A program made the position numbers and the translations under genes. The notes beneath the pieces are model-generated. The model did no database searches. It worked only from the letters and a program-made list of their open reading frames with translations, and had not been told where the DNA came from. Positions 11,866-24,866 of a stretch of 64,000 bases of DNA are shown one piece after another (positions within the stretch are counted from its first letter, which is position 1; every line of letters begins with the position of its first letter). The DNA lies in NCBI GenBank assembly GCA_010093605.1, contig MU004182.1, positions 963,032 through 1,027,031 on the forward strand. Direction: 5' to 3'. The DNA comes from Lophium mytilinum (Eukaryota).

Positions 11866-14230
11866 ATGTCTGGAGGCAACGCGCCCCAATTCGTCTTTCC
11901 CTCACCATCCATGGAACAACCCGATGTGGACAACGACACCATGGATGACTACATCATGGATAACATCGGCTTCGGGCCAACCGTACCTGTCAACGCAGAT
12001 AGGTCGGATAGGGGCGACCGTGGCTCTGAACACGGTTCGCTGGCGTCGGAATGGATACACGTTGCCTCCCAACAGGGAAGCGAGGCAGGGGAGAATGGGA
12101 CCGGAGAGATTGGCGACAAGGGGGCCGATTCTTCTAAGTCCATGGGTAGCTCGGGAAGCTCGTCTTATTATGAAGTGGATGAGAATGACTTTTCGGAAGA
12201 GGAGTTTGCGTTGTTGAACCCGAAGGTATGTTTGTCCTCAGATTCAAGGATGCTGTTGCTAACAACACATAAGGACATTCCAGCGGAAAAGTTGATAGGC
12301 ATTCTCGTTGAGCGCCTGGTCGATACTTGCCACCAGATATCAGACGCGCGCAACTTCATAGTGTCCAGGCGCAACGCTCTCTTTGAGAGTTCGGAGGCAA
12401 GCTATATCGACTTTGCTATCGTGAACGATCATTTGTCTCGAAGCACCGACAACAACGGTTTTCCTGTGGAGCATTTGTCAACAAGGCTGCAACAGGCTTT
12501 GAAGTTCATTCGAGAAGCGGCTAAACAGCACAAAGACAAGGTAAGAACTTTACTCCCCAGCCCCCAAGCATCTTGGTTGCTAACATTCATAGTTTCCTTC
12601 TGTTCCAGACGAAGTGATCGGCCGACATCGAGGCAGTATCCGGATGTGCACTGCAAAGACCTTGGAAAACCTGGACGAAGTTGTAGATCTTTTCGAAACT
12701 GGACTTAGTCAGATTCCTGGCTCCGAGAAGTCCAAACAGATCGAGATCGAGAGGACCTTAAGACTCCTTCAGGAGGTTTATGGCCATGTAAAGGAGACTT
12801 TGGATTTCTTGAAGGGAATAAAGCCTCATATAGAAAGACCGCCTGAATCGCAGACGGAGTCTCCTCCTCCGTCTTCGGACCTTTGGGAAGTTAACTCGGA
12901 ACTACTATCGGAACCGGAAGTTAATACCCTCCTTTCAGACAGTGATGGAGGTTCACCTGGACAACCGGAGATCATACCCAAAGCACGACGACGATGTTCT
13001 CTCAAGGATGAGTTGCGAGATGAGACCACAAGCGACGACTATCATCACGCAGTGGTCCCGACCTGTGTCAAACAAGGCCACAATGGACTCCTAGAGGGAA
13101 ACTCAACTCCACCAGAGCAATGCAAACTTTCTGGTGAACATCCAACTGGTATAAGGCCAACAGAGAGCCTGGAAGATACTTCCGAACCAGAAATGCCTTC
13201 GCCACAGGGTGCTTCGGACATTGCGAACGACTCTGATTCTGACTGCATGGACGAACAAGGAGGGGCTTCTCGATCCTTCCAGGACAAGCTCAATTTGACA
13301 TCCGAAGAGAAAAACCAGGCTGATAACAAGAGTCAAGATTCTGTAAGCGAGTCTGACCTCTCCAAAGAAGCCCTGGCCTGTGACCAGATTCATGAAGATA
13401 ATTCTGAGTCAAGTGAGCTAGGCAAGGACGTTGAACAGAGCGTTCAGAACGAAGAGGAGGCCCAAATTTCTGACAGAAGACCTGATGTGTCCGCCCAATT
13501 CTCGACACCAACAAGCAGCGTTGACAGTAGCGACGAAGAGGCCGAACTGAACTTTATTGTCGATACCGACCACGATATTAGCCAGAACGGCACACTATCC
13601 GTTCAACAGCAGGGTGTCTCAGCTCCAGCAACCAATCCCGAGGATGCCGCCGCGGCAGATTCAGCTTCGACGACAGCGATCCAGCCTCAAGCCGAGCCCC
13701 AGGCTGAAGATGTTTCAACCCCTCAGAATGCCATAGAAGTCGACATGCAAGCTGCCACGGATATCGAATCGATAGTGACAGACCTTCTACGGGGAAATGC
13801 ACCAGCACTACCGATCGCATCCGAGGGAACCGGAAGCCAGCCAACTCAATACGAAGCAAGGTCCGCGAGATGCCCTAAGATCTCCAAGAAGTTGAGTTGC
13901 ATGCTAGCTATGGCATGTCTGGCTGGGCTCGGACTCGGGCTCTACTACTTCTACCAACTTGAAGCTCCGTCCAACGAGCAGGTGGCGCATCAAGACTCTA
14001 CCAATGTGGGCTACTGGCGTTCTCGAGGATCCAATTGGGGTAGAATCATGGAAGAAATTCCTATGTACTGCAGGAAGTGTGACCATGACAGTCTCCAAGA
14101 AGCGTGGGAGCAACGCCGTGCGTGTGGTCGCCGCTTCGCAGTCTGCAGCCCGTCTTTTTTCGGAATGTTCACGGACATAGACACTCATTTGGGATGGTTG
14201 GCCTTGCTTCGATGGTTGCTTAGACTTTAG
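11866..14230 (+). CDS. Hypothetical acidic, largely disordered protein with C-terminal hydrophobic segment
   Basis: Probable introns 12226-12273 and 12541-12592 (GT..GCTAAC..AG); the second joins ORF 11866 in frame to the 538-aa ORF. TM-like segment MLAMACLAGLGLGLYYF. Confidence 0.7.
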
Positions 14231-14569
14231 AGTGTATGGGACGGCGCTGAGAAGAATGGTGTTCGAGATGGCGTCAGGGACGCCTCTGTTTGGATATAGG
14301 CTTCGGCGCTATCTAAATCTAAGCGGCTGTTATGTGCCTATGTCAAGGTGGATTGATGATTAATGTAAGACCAGATTCTCTATTTTGCTTCTAATTAATA
14401 CACTTGATTCAAATGGATATTCCAGGGCTCGATAGAAGCCTTCATCCTGTGAGCTTAATTAGTGATCAACTTTTTCATAAGCGGATAAAAAAGCCTGACG
14501 ATGTCCTACGTTGCATGGGACCTAGGTCACTGCCTATTTCCTATGTCGGAATTCGGCCCGAGAAATTGT

Positions 14570-15263
14570 TTATTTGCAATCTTCGCAGACTGTGCCGTCT
14601 GAGTTCAACTTGACCTCTGCTACCCTAGTCGTGAGCGCGTCTGCTTCTTGCTTCTGTGTCGCGGTTGATACAGGTTCTTGTGCGGTTTTCTCTTCCACTT
14701 TCTGCTTGCCGTGCTTGTCTGAATGTCCGAGATCTCTTTTAGGGTCTAGATGATCCCTGACGAGCTGTTTGAGTACTTTGGTCTCTGTACCAGCGTTAAC
14801 AACTGTAAAGCTTCTCACATCGCCATTATGATTTCTCATGTACCTGGAAAGCCGCCTTCAGCTTTTCTATCCCACAGCAAAACCTTTGTGGCCTTCACGT
14901 CTGACGGGGGTGTATCCGCAGAATTCTCAGGAGCGGTAGTGAGTGGGATGTAGGTCTAATCATCCGCGCTTAGCCATCCGTAATAAGGCATTCCCTAATA
15001 AGTTCCCTACCAGCTCAACTGTGAACAATCCTCCAGTGGCCGGAATTAGTGCAACTTCGCCAATAGTTGTCGAGAAGGTCGAAAGAAGCTCCTGCGCGAA
15101 CTATGGGTCCAGGGACACATCAGCTTCGAGCGCAAGGGTTGGCGGCAGTGAAAGGCATTGAAGGCTGACGGACATAGGCGGCACGTAGCATCCAGCGGCA
15201 TTGCGTGCAGAACGTTATTGCAATGCGAGGAAGAGCCACGGGTGCGGTTTGTGAGGTTGCCAT
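14570..15263 (-). CDS. Rdx family (SelT/SelW/SelH-like) thioredoxin-fold protein, Cys form
   Basis: Four exons give RIAITFCTQCRWMLRAAY-FAQELLSTF...IPATGGLFTV...LWDRKAEGGFPETKVLKQLVRDHLDPKRDLGHSD. Confidence 0.92.
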
Positions 15264-15993
15264 GGCTGCAATAGTGAAGAGTATGGTTGAGGTGGGGGTT
15301 TGGAGATCGCTCGTCGTCAAGACAAAGTCGCTAGAAGTGTTATCGATAAGGAGATGGCGTCACAAAATTGAGGTCCAGTCCTAAGGTCTTTTGTAGGAGC
15401 ACTACTCCTATACATTCACACAACAACGGAGTGGCCAAGTCTCTTCTGGAATGCTCTTAGAAGGTCAGGGGTCACTCGAGTGGTCGTTGCACAAGCACCC
15501 CGGAAACGCCGATAAAGTCACTTTTGGAGAATGTCACGATAATAGTTTATTGGGTGGCAAGTGAGTTTCCTTTCCTAGGCTGACTCTCCATGATAACTGT
15601 TCTAGTGGTTCTGGGTTCTGCCTACTTAGAAGTCTTAGTGGTTCACGCTCTCAAGAAGACTCTTGCATTTCAAGCATGGCTTCGATCATTGATGTCAGCG
15701 ATAGAGCGGCATTGCCACTAGAGAAAGGATGATGAGAATAAGGTTGAAATTTGGGTATACATAACAGTCCATATCCTCCCAGATAACCGAAAGCCCTTCC
15801 CTCCCATTAATTCGAAGCATAATCTTCATTAGACCCAGCTGGAAGACCCTCCGGCATTACTTTACCTATGAATATAACATCTACACGTCGAAAATCCTAA
15901 AATACATGAACAGTGCGACACCTGAATGATATCTGAATAATACCAATCTGGTATAGTCTGCTGGTAGATCTGATCTGGCACCAATTTCCATAC

Positions 15994-18157
15994 CTAGTTC
16001 ATAGGAGCACGATATATGCTAGAAGTCCTCGCGGAATGACCCCATTGATCATGCTGAGGCGGCGGCTGTGGCTGCGTGGTCATAGTCGCGTGTGGTTGAT
16101 AGCCAAAGTATGGAGCCCAGCCAACTCGATTATACGGATCACTCTCTGTACCAGCCGTTATGGCTATGATCAACAGTTAGTATTGTCATCGATGCCACAT
16201 TGCAAAGTAATATGAGGGGCCATCATACGGGAACATCCAGTTGTGGAGAGAGAAGGACTCACCCGATGTCGGGGTATGCAATTGCTGATTGACTGGTGAC
16301 TGAGTTGGCTGTGGGACAGGTTGGCCATGCAAGGGACGGTGCATGGTCGGGTAAGACGCGAACGCCTGCGCCGGTTGGTATTGTGTCTGCATTTGCTGCG
16401 GTGGTCCTTGCTGGGTAGCATTCGAATGATCTGACTGCGTTGTGCGCGCTGGTGTATTCGCCTCACTGCCAGGACGACTCTTCTCGGCTTCCAGCTGACC
16501 AATACGGGATTTGGCTGCCGCAAGTTCTGCTTTGAGTTTTTCTAGCTCGGACATGCCAGGCTGGGGGCCTGTACTTTCTCGAGGTGCTTGGGCGCTTTGC
16601 CTTCGGGGAGCTTTGTTGACGAGCTCTGGATGTAGTTGACGAATCTCATCTGGGGTGCGGTCTGAATAAATGCATGAACGGCCCTTATCATCGCAGGACT
16701 TGCAGGCTGGATGGAGACCATCGCACTATCGGTGTATCAGTAGTGAGATCACTGCGTTGTGGCATTGATCACTCCTTACCTTTGTTTTCTTGACCTTGCA
16801 CATATCGCAAACCTGTCTTGCCCTTCTCTGTGGCTGGGGTGGCTGTTGTTGTTGCTGCTGTGGTTGTGGTTGGGGCTGTACGCTCGGCTGAGGCTCCTCG
16901 GGAATGATTCCAGGTGCGTCGTCAGGACGAATTAGTTCTAGGAGAGACCGAAGACTCTGTGCTCTCAAGTCGCTCTCGATGGAGTTGGCTGCGGTCTGCT
17001 TCTGTGACTCGTCATTCTTTTTGGGCCTCTTTCTCTTTGGTTTTAGAGGCGCGTTGGGATCTGGCGGCGGCCTCTCCTTTCGGTTCTGCTCGATTCTTGC
17101 CAGACTACGCTCAGTTAGCATTTCTCGTCTTGGATTGCTTCAGAACGGAGAAACGTGACAGGTAACTGCAAGAAATGATAGGGGGCGTATACTCTACATA
17201 CACTTCAGGATTGTGGACCTCCAGAAATTTCCTCCGCTTGGAATCCTTGCGTGGCGGGGGCGCTCTCTCTTCATACGTCTTGTGTATAGGGATATGCTTG
17301 TAGAAAACATCCAACGACTGTTTCACGGCCGAGAACTTGACTGAAAGTACCCCTCTGCAGTCGTAGACAGGCTTCGTCGCCCTCTTGCCTATCCACGTGT
17401 TAGCTTAACACTGGCCGAGAGGATGTTAGTGGGACATCTCACCAAATTTGGCGCCTTTGCCATTGGCAGCACGATCCTTATTCAGTAAGGAGTCGTTGCA
17501 ATAATATGAGAAGCGGAAGCTGTCATCTTCCCTGCTGTTCCAGCAATTGTGAAAACTGTACCTGTATCCGTCCGTCCTCTGTATAGACTCGACACACGTC
17601 TTAGCAATGGCTCTCTGCTTTCTCATCTTCTCTTTGGGATCGTTTGTCGGAGCCAACGCCTCGAGTATGCTCAAGCTGGTCTTTTGCCCTGAGGTTGGTG
17701 GTATGGCCAAGGCTGTGGAAGGGTTGGAGATGTGTTGCGCCGGCTGCGGAGGAGGCATTGACGCGTTGTTTGCAGGTCCATAAGAGCCATCGAGGCCAGC
17801 GGCGGGCTGATACCCTTGGGGGGCCTGGGGTATTGGTTGAGGCGGTGGAGGAGGAGCTTGGGACGATTGCTGTTGCTGTTGCTGTTGTTGCTGACTGGGA
17901 GTCATCGAGACCATGAAGCTGGTCCCTATCCAGAAGGACAGCTGGCACTCGGCATGCTCGGGCTGCTCGGGAGGGCTGGCAAGATACTCGCGCAACGACG
18001 TCTCGAAGTCGTCCATAGACGCGACGTTGTACGTGGTAGTTTGAGCGTGAGGGTCTTTGGCGGCCCTGCCACGGGCAAGCTGGACGGGGCCATGCGTCCA
18101 GACGCCATCGGGCGTGTCGTTCGGTGGGGTGACGGTCGGCGGCGTGGTGCCCTCCAT
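15994..18157 (-). CDS. Zn(II)2Cys6 protein with an additional upstream Cys/His domain
   Basis: Spliced cluster CDMCKVKKTK/CDGLHPACKSCDDKGRSC followed by a coiled coil; poly-Q tracts; basic KPKRKRPKK. Four GT-AG introns; last exon 16163-15994 inferred from a gtgagt donor and CTAAC..TAG acceptor. Confidence 0.8.
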
Positions 18158-20741
18158 GGCGGCGATGGCACAGTGATGGAGTTGATGATCGGGCAATTAG
18201 GGAGCTTTGTGAGAGTAGACATGAATTGTGAGTCTTGCGCTGCAAGGTTGGGGAGGCGCTCGGGCCTTGGGCTTGGCTATGATCTACTTCGTAACCACCA
18301 ACGACTTCACGCTTGATGAGAGTTCCATCGCTCCACAATACACTTTGCGTGCAGCTTCGAGGTCTCCCTGCATCGCTACAAAGGGCGAATAACGACTCTT
18401 ATCGTCAGCGATGAATCCACTCGTTTGCTCTACAATTTCGCTACCGTACCTCCAAACGGCATAAGCAGTAATAACATGCTTCAGCATCTGCTCGTCTTCT
18501 CTTCTTCGGTCCGGAATGCTGCCAGATACTAGCCACCCCATCTCCACCGTCTCAGTCGCGATCCTATGCAGCCGTTTAGCTCTGCTTAATGGCGGCTAAC
18601 TAGCTCATCTCCTGATCCTCGAAGCGTGGTGCCTTGCTATCTCGCCAGCGTGGAGTGGGTAGGCTTTCTAACACTTTAGTTTGCGTCCCAGAGTGCTTTC
18701 CTGCCCTAAACTCTTTGCTTCTTAATAGATATGCGGACATGCAGAATTCAACGGTAGGGTTTTAAAGTAGTAGTCCGCTGCTTTGACTTTAACAACTACC
18801 CCAGGTCTCGCTTTCAAGAGATAAGACAAAGCCGCCGAGCAGCATTTAGGAATTCGAGAAGAGGGAGAACGAACGGTTTGAGTCGAAAGATTCGAGCACG
18901 CGCCGCTCCGAAACTGGTGTCAATGTCTAAGCCTAGAAAAGCACAAAAGGTCTAGTCGAGCTAGGGTGATACAGTGCGTTGCCGCAAAGTCTGTATGTAC
19001 TGTACTGTACATCCACTTGACGCTGCTTAAGGCGCCGGCCCACCATTCGAAAATCACAACAGGATGTCAAGATCTGGAAGGTCGAGAGTCAACTGGCTTC
19101 GAATCGGTCTTGATTGACCAGCTACGTGCTAGGGTTGTTCCAAGGTTCCATCAACAGTAGCACCCAAGCACAGCTACGGCGTGTCCAGATTCGTGACCAA
19201 GTACTGCATCTCCTACACATCCTATCAATTTCCAACACTAGTACCATCTCCGCACTAAGTCCACTACACTTCACGCGCCATCCAAACCTCAGCTCTCCAA
19301 GATACCGTAAGCATCGACCTCGCACCCGCATCCAGTGGCGCCCTCCCCTCACCACCATTGGCCCGCTACCCTCACCTCTCCACGCCACACCCCCATCGTC
19401 ACGCCCAAAACCACCCCAACCCAGCCAACCCGCAGCCTCGCCCTACGCCCGCATCGGGGCAGCATCGCGAAAACGGAAAACGGGCAAACGCTGGCATCAG
19501 CAGCGGTACTCCGCCAAGCCGCTGCAACACGCGTCGCCACATGCTTAACTCGAGCGCCAAGCGCAGCCATCACGAGCCTACCGCACTGCCAATGCCAGCC
19601 TCTCGCTTTTTATGGCCTACGGAGTATGCCCGAGCAGGATACTCCCACATCAGCAGCGGCTGCTTGCTTCCGTGCGGCACAGAAAATGGGGTATGAAACG
19701 AGAGGGTTTGCCACGGATTGACGTAGGTGGTGTGCATACATGCTTTCACCGCCAGTCGTCCGATTTTAATAAAGGCAGCCGCAGACCCCCCGCTGAGTCT
19801 GCTTCAACCTTCTCTCTCACCTTGCTGGGATTTGCCAAGCCTCCTCCGTTGCGGCTTGCATGCTTCGACCTGATGGATGCTGACGGCGTCGAGAAGAGTG
19901 CACTTCACCGCTAAACTTGCAGGTTCGTACAAAGCCTACCCGCATCCTCAGCTGAGTGCTCCTCTCTCTTTTCCATCTCACATTATTCGAAATCATTCCA
20001 ATTCGCAAGGCTCAATCTCAGCGCAAGGCTTCATATCTACATTTTCTTCTTTCAGCCTCGGATCATTGTCACAAGGCGTTTTGCCAGGCCTTTTCTTCAC
20101 AGTTCGCATGCTTCCATCCCACCCTCATCTTTCCTATCTGAAATCATCTCCCTGTACATTACAGTTTTCAAATATAAGTCACTCCAAAAGTCACCATTTC
20201 ACCCAATCACAAGCATCAAAAGCATTCCTGAGTTCGAAGAGCGGTTCAATGAGGCTTGAAAACTACGCTATACCAGCCCACCCAGCAACCAGTGCCCAGC
20301 ACGGCTCAATGGAGCGCCGTTTCCCGCATCCCGAATCATAAACATTACTGTCTCGCAGAAAAGCGATGCGCGCAGGACCCAATAAACCCCGGGGGAAACC
20401 ATGAGGGTCGTAAACCATGGCATGTGTTATCACAGCCTTTGCCTCCCATCCAACCATCCATAGATCCATGTGTCGTATCCCAATAACTGAAAAAAGGTGG
20501 TATCGAAGCTCGCGCTCGCATTGAAGAAGAACAACACTAAACAATAAAACGACGAGGCGGAAGGAAAGAAGTTAAGAAGCAAAAAAAGAAGAGACAAGAA
20601 GGTGGTATCGAAGAAGCAAGGGCAACAATGGCCCATCCGTAAAAGTACAGCAACCATAACAATATCGTCTCAGTGTATGTTAAGTTGAAGTCGTTTAAAA
20701 CTTTTTTCCGAGGTCGCGTTGGTAGATCGTGGAATCTGGAC

Positions 20742-21188
20742 TTAGACAATGAAGTCCTCGAGCTCGCCACCATGGTGGTCGCGGATGTTATCCGGAATCC
20801 ACGGCCCCTTCTCCTCAGCCGTCGCGCCATGCAGCGCCTCGGCGCGGTTCAGCGTCTGGATGTCTAGGTCCGTGATGTAGCTCTTGCCATCGGGCAGCTT
20901 CATGCGGACCTCGAACTCCTGGTCCAGCATCATGTCGTCCTTCCACAGCCGCCGCGGGCCGTCGTACACACACAGCACCCGCTTCTTCATCTTCATCTTG
21001 TCCGTGGCGCAACCCCACGACACGGGGTAGTTCTTGCGCTTCTTGCGCCCGGACGCCGTCATGGCCACGCCGCCCTTCGAGAAGGTCAGCCCAGCCCGAG
21101 GACCCCTCCCACCTGAGGTCTTCGCCACCTTGTTGTTGTTACCACCCCCGGCGTGCGATGAAACGACACCCCGGGGATGTGCTAGCTG
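20742..21188 (-). other. In-frame 148-codon extension after the C2H2 gene stop (putative readthrough domain)
   Basis: Open from the codon after TGA (21191-21189) to TAA (20744-20742), with coding-like G/C third positions; RKKRKNYPVSWGC...KKRVLCVYDGPRRLWKDDMML...KGPW. Confidence 0.8.
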
Positions 21189-21194
21189 TCATTG
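21143..21194 (-). promoter_or_regulatory. Putative readthrough signal: CAA-TGA-CAG-CTA plus 3' stem-loop
   Basis: CARYYA immediately after the stop; stem CATCCCCGG/CCGGGGGTG (21179-21171 with 21151-21143). Confidence 0.7.
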
Positions 21195-23206
21195 CGAGTT
21201 CTTGGTGCTCTTGATGCCACCCTTGCCGGAGCGAGACCGCCGCACACCGTATGTGTCGTCGTTCTCATCATCCACGTCGATCTCCTCGTCTTCTTCCTCG
21301 TCCTCATCGTACGCAGGCACCGAGTAGTCCTCGGCACTCTGCAGACCGTTGCGGTCCATCGTCTCCACCACATCCAGGTCGTCGGCAACCGAGGATAGCA
21401 GCTTCTGGTTGATGGCCTCGCTTGGGTCTGCCTGTTGCACAACGCGCAGCACGCAGTCATCGAGATGCTCGTAGAAGTCCTGGGCGTTGTTGAAAGTAAC
21501 GCTGCAGGTAGAGCAAGTACCGCGCAGGTTCTCTTGCGTGGCAGTGTAGGCCTTCTTGCCGGACGGCGACCTCTTGCGGCTGTTTGGCGGTGCCTGTTCG
21601 ACGCCATGAACGGAAGTGAGATGGCGTTTGAAGACGTCGGCGCGGTTGAAGCTCTTCTCGGCGGCCGAGCCAGAGCCTGGGCAGAAACCGCACACCATGG
21701 TGCCCTTGTAGTGGGTCAAGGTGTGCCTGTTCTTGTCGTACTTACGCGCGAATCCCTTCAAGTGGTATTCGCACGTCCCGATCGGGCACTTCTCCGGTCG
21801 CTCGTTCTGGTGGGTGAGCATGTGGGCTTTGAGGTCCTTGAAGACACGGCCGCACTCTGGAATCGGGCAGAGGCCTTTCTCCCTGCTCTCGTCATCTAGC
21901 TCGTAGCTGCTTCCACTCTTTCGGCTTGCAACCGATTGATGCGAGAGAATTGAGGCATTCGATTGCCGTCGCGAGCCGTTGAAGCCGTTGTGGTAGGGTT
22001 GGAAGCTTTGAGTGTGAAGGTAGGGTGATTGCGAACCCCTCTTGAACTGACGAGAACCAGCGTGGTGGCTGTGGTTGGAGCCCATGGAAGGTGCTGGGGA
22101 TGGGGGCTGCTCAATGAAGGGGAAGCGCGGGGAAGGTGTTGTGTGGATGGCGGGATATGGTGATTGCGGGAAGTTGAGTTGTGTGGGGTATGGCTGGATC
22201 AAGGTGGGGTCTGGAGAAGAGACGTTAGCTTATGGGTCTTCTACGACTGCTGCGAAAGACGCGAAAAAGTACGAAGAGGTGGACGGGAAGGAAACCGACA
22301 AGAAGACTCCAAAGGAGGAATGAAATTGAGATTGTTTTGAGAGTACGGAGAGCGAAGAGTGACTGGAGAAGAGAAGGATGTTTCCGGCAACGAGTCCAGG
22401 ATGTCGGTTGGGAGCAGCTCGGTCGACAGCAACGAATTCCTCCGCCCTCTGCCATGCGCCGCCCCCGAAGGAGACCGACGCATCGAGAGGGGCCCTGGGG
22501 GCATAGCCGAGGCCGGCGTTGTCGGAGTCTGGAAGAGGCCGCTCTCCGACTTGGGAGAAGGAGTCTGAAGCGCAGGCGTGTGCTGTCCGGATGTGTTCTC
22601 GCGCATAGGGTCGACGAAAGAGTTGGATGAAACAGCAGATGACGCGCAAGAGAAAGCGATTGAAGAGACACGCGGCCTTGACGAAGAAAGTTCATAAGAC
22701 TCACCAACACACTTGTCAGTCGCGACCAAGCTCTCGTAGTCGTAGCCAGAGGTGCTCTGCACAATCCCCGGCGCGAGGCCGAGGCCGTTGATGCTGCCCC
22801 ACGGCTGGTCGTGGAACTGCGGGTGGAGCGAGGGCGAGCCCATGGCGGAGGACGAGACTGATGCACCCGACTCGGATGAGGTGGAGAGATTGGGCGGCTG
22901 GATGTCGAAGGAGTGCGCGCCCGAGTTGGGCGAGCCGGCTGGGCTATACTGCTGCTGCTGGTAGCTGGGCTTCACACCTTGGGCAATGGCATCGTAGTGG
23001 AAGCGGAGGTCCTGTGAGCGCGGCGCCTCGGAAAAGGCATGCAGCGAAGCCGGGTCGAAGGGCGCGCTGAAGGATGGGTCAAGATATTGTGAGGTGGGTA
23101 GGTAGGCGGGCTGCGAGGTAGCAAGCAGGTCGAACTGCTGCTCCTGGGTGGCGTAAAGCTCGAAGTCGTGCTGCATGGTGGGCGGATACTGGGCGTACGA
23201 GACCAT
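21189..23206 (-). CDS. C2H2 zinc-finger transcription factor
   Basis: ATG at 23206; intron acceptor at 22211 with donors at 22704 or 22299. Fingers CPIPECGRVFKDLKAHMLTH, CPIGTCEYHLKGFARKYDKNRHTLTH, CGFC..FNRADVFKRHLTSVH, CSTC..FYEHLDDC; acidic tail. 5' UTR intron 23333-23266. Confidence 0.92.
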
Positions 23207-24791
23207 GTCGAGCACAGCAAGCAGTGGGCAAGGGCGGGAATAAGAGGCTCTCGGTGCGTGTGCTCCTGGGACCGGGTTAGCATCGGGACTGAGGTGGTGA
23301 TATACATTCAGGTAGCGGACCAGGAAAGCTTACGGGCAGGGCTAGCACGCGGCTATCCGGGCACAGGGACGCTGCGTCCTGCGTCGAGTCAATCTCGCGA
23401 AAGCGTGATGTGCGATCGGCGTCGGGTTGGTGCTGGAGACAAGAGTCGCGCGTCGGCAGGGGGGCGGGCGGTAGGATCCCGTTGGGAGGAAGGGCCGAAG
23501 CGGGAAGCGATGGAGGGCGTAGAGGATCGGGGACCTGGAACTCGAGGGAGGCCTGAAGCGGTCTTGTTTATGCTGATCGGGGCCTGGAATTTCTGAGGGG
23601 GCGAAGTCTGGGAGCGTGTCGAAGATATAAGACGTGTGTGCAAGCCCCCTCGAAGACAAATGGCCCATGTGGATGCGCAGCAGTGCACCGGCATGCCGAA
23701 ACCCTGTGGACGGCCGGCGTGGAGGCCCCGGCGTGAGGTGGCAGCGGTGGCAGCGGTGGCAGAGGACTCGCGCTAGGAAAATAAGAAAGACAATCTTCAC
23801 CGCGCCCAGCGGCGGGCCCTCCGCCTCTTTCGCGCGCGCCGATGGCCCAGCAAGCCAGCAGCCTCCCAAGCCGAGCGGTGAATCCCCAGGCGCATCCCGG
23901 ACACATCCCTGGCCCGCCTGCAGCTCGTGCCCAAATGCGACCCCATGCACGCCCCATGCCTGTCGCCCGCTCCACAAGCCGACTGCATCGGGAGATGTCA
24001 AGCGGGTGCTCGACTGGTTCTGGACGGCGCCCTGTAGACCGAATCGTCCCACGGGGCCCCTGCCATCCCAGCAACCAGCCCGGCCCGCCAGTCTCGGGTA
24101 GGGAGACACGCCCAAGAGCCAAGTCATGCGAGCCACGTCGCCGGGAGCCCTCCCGTGCTGTGAGTGGCCGTTGTCGCTGACGCCGGGTCCGCCGCGAAGC
24201 CAGAGGAGGGCTTCGCGTGCTCGCCGAATCACCGCCCGGCATGCCGTGGCTGAGCCGGGTTCTTTTGAGCTGCGCCCTAGCACCTATCCGGACAGTGGTG
24301 TATTTTTAGGGTGTCGGCGACCAATGAGCGCAGCCGGCACAGCCACGCCTTCTGAGCAGAGGCGCAGTCACCGCTCAAGCTTCAGTGACCCACCACCACC
24401 ACGAGCGACTCTGCAACATGACGCTGGGCATCGTGGGGAATGTGCCACCATCCGTCATCGCGCGCACGTCTCACCGCCCGCACTGGCGGCGAGCAGGTGT
24501 GTGGTGACAGACCGTCGTTGCGAGAGCGTGGTGGGTTGGGGTTGGCGCATCTCGAGCACCACTACCACAGGGCTCCCCGGCGCCAGTCCTCGAGCCTCAC
24601 GTCGCCATCTCGCCGTTTCATGATGATGACCGCAGGTGGGGGCAACCGCGATTCAATTTCGACGGCCGCCCGGTTGTTGGTTCTGGCAGCGTGCTGTCGA
24701 GATTCCAGTCTCAGCGACATGGTGTTGACTGTCAGACTCGGCCATTTCGTCCCGCCACAGTTCGCGGGAACAGGTCATCCTGCGGTGGGGG

Positions 24792-24866
24792 NNNNNNNNN
24801 NNNNNNNNNNNNNNNNNNNNNNNNNNNNNNNNNNNNNNNNNNNNNNNNNNNNNNNNNNNNNNNNNN
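24792..24866. other. Assembly gap (75 N)
   Basis: Run of N flanked by G runs. Confidence 0.98.

Noticed and set aside
14570..15263. Possible fungal selenoprotein
   Set aside because: The redox motif is CTQC with TGC codons and there is no in-frame TGA.
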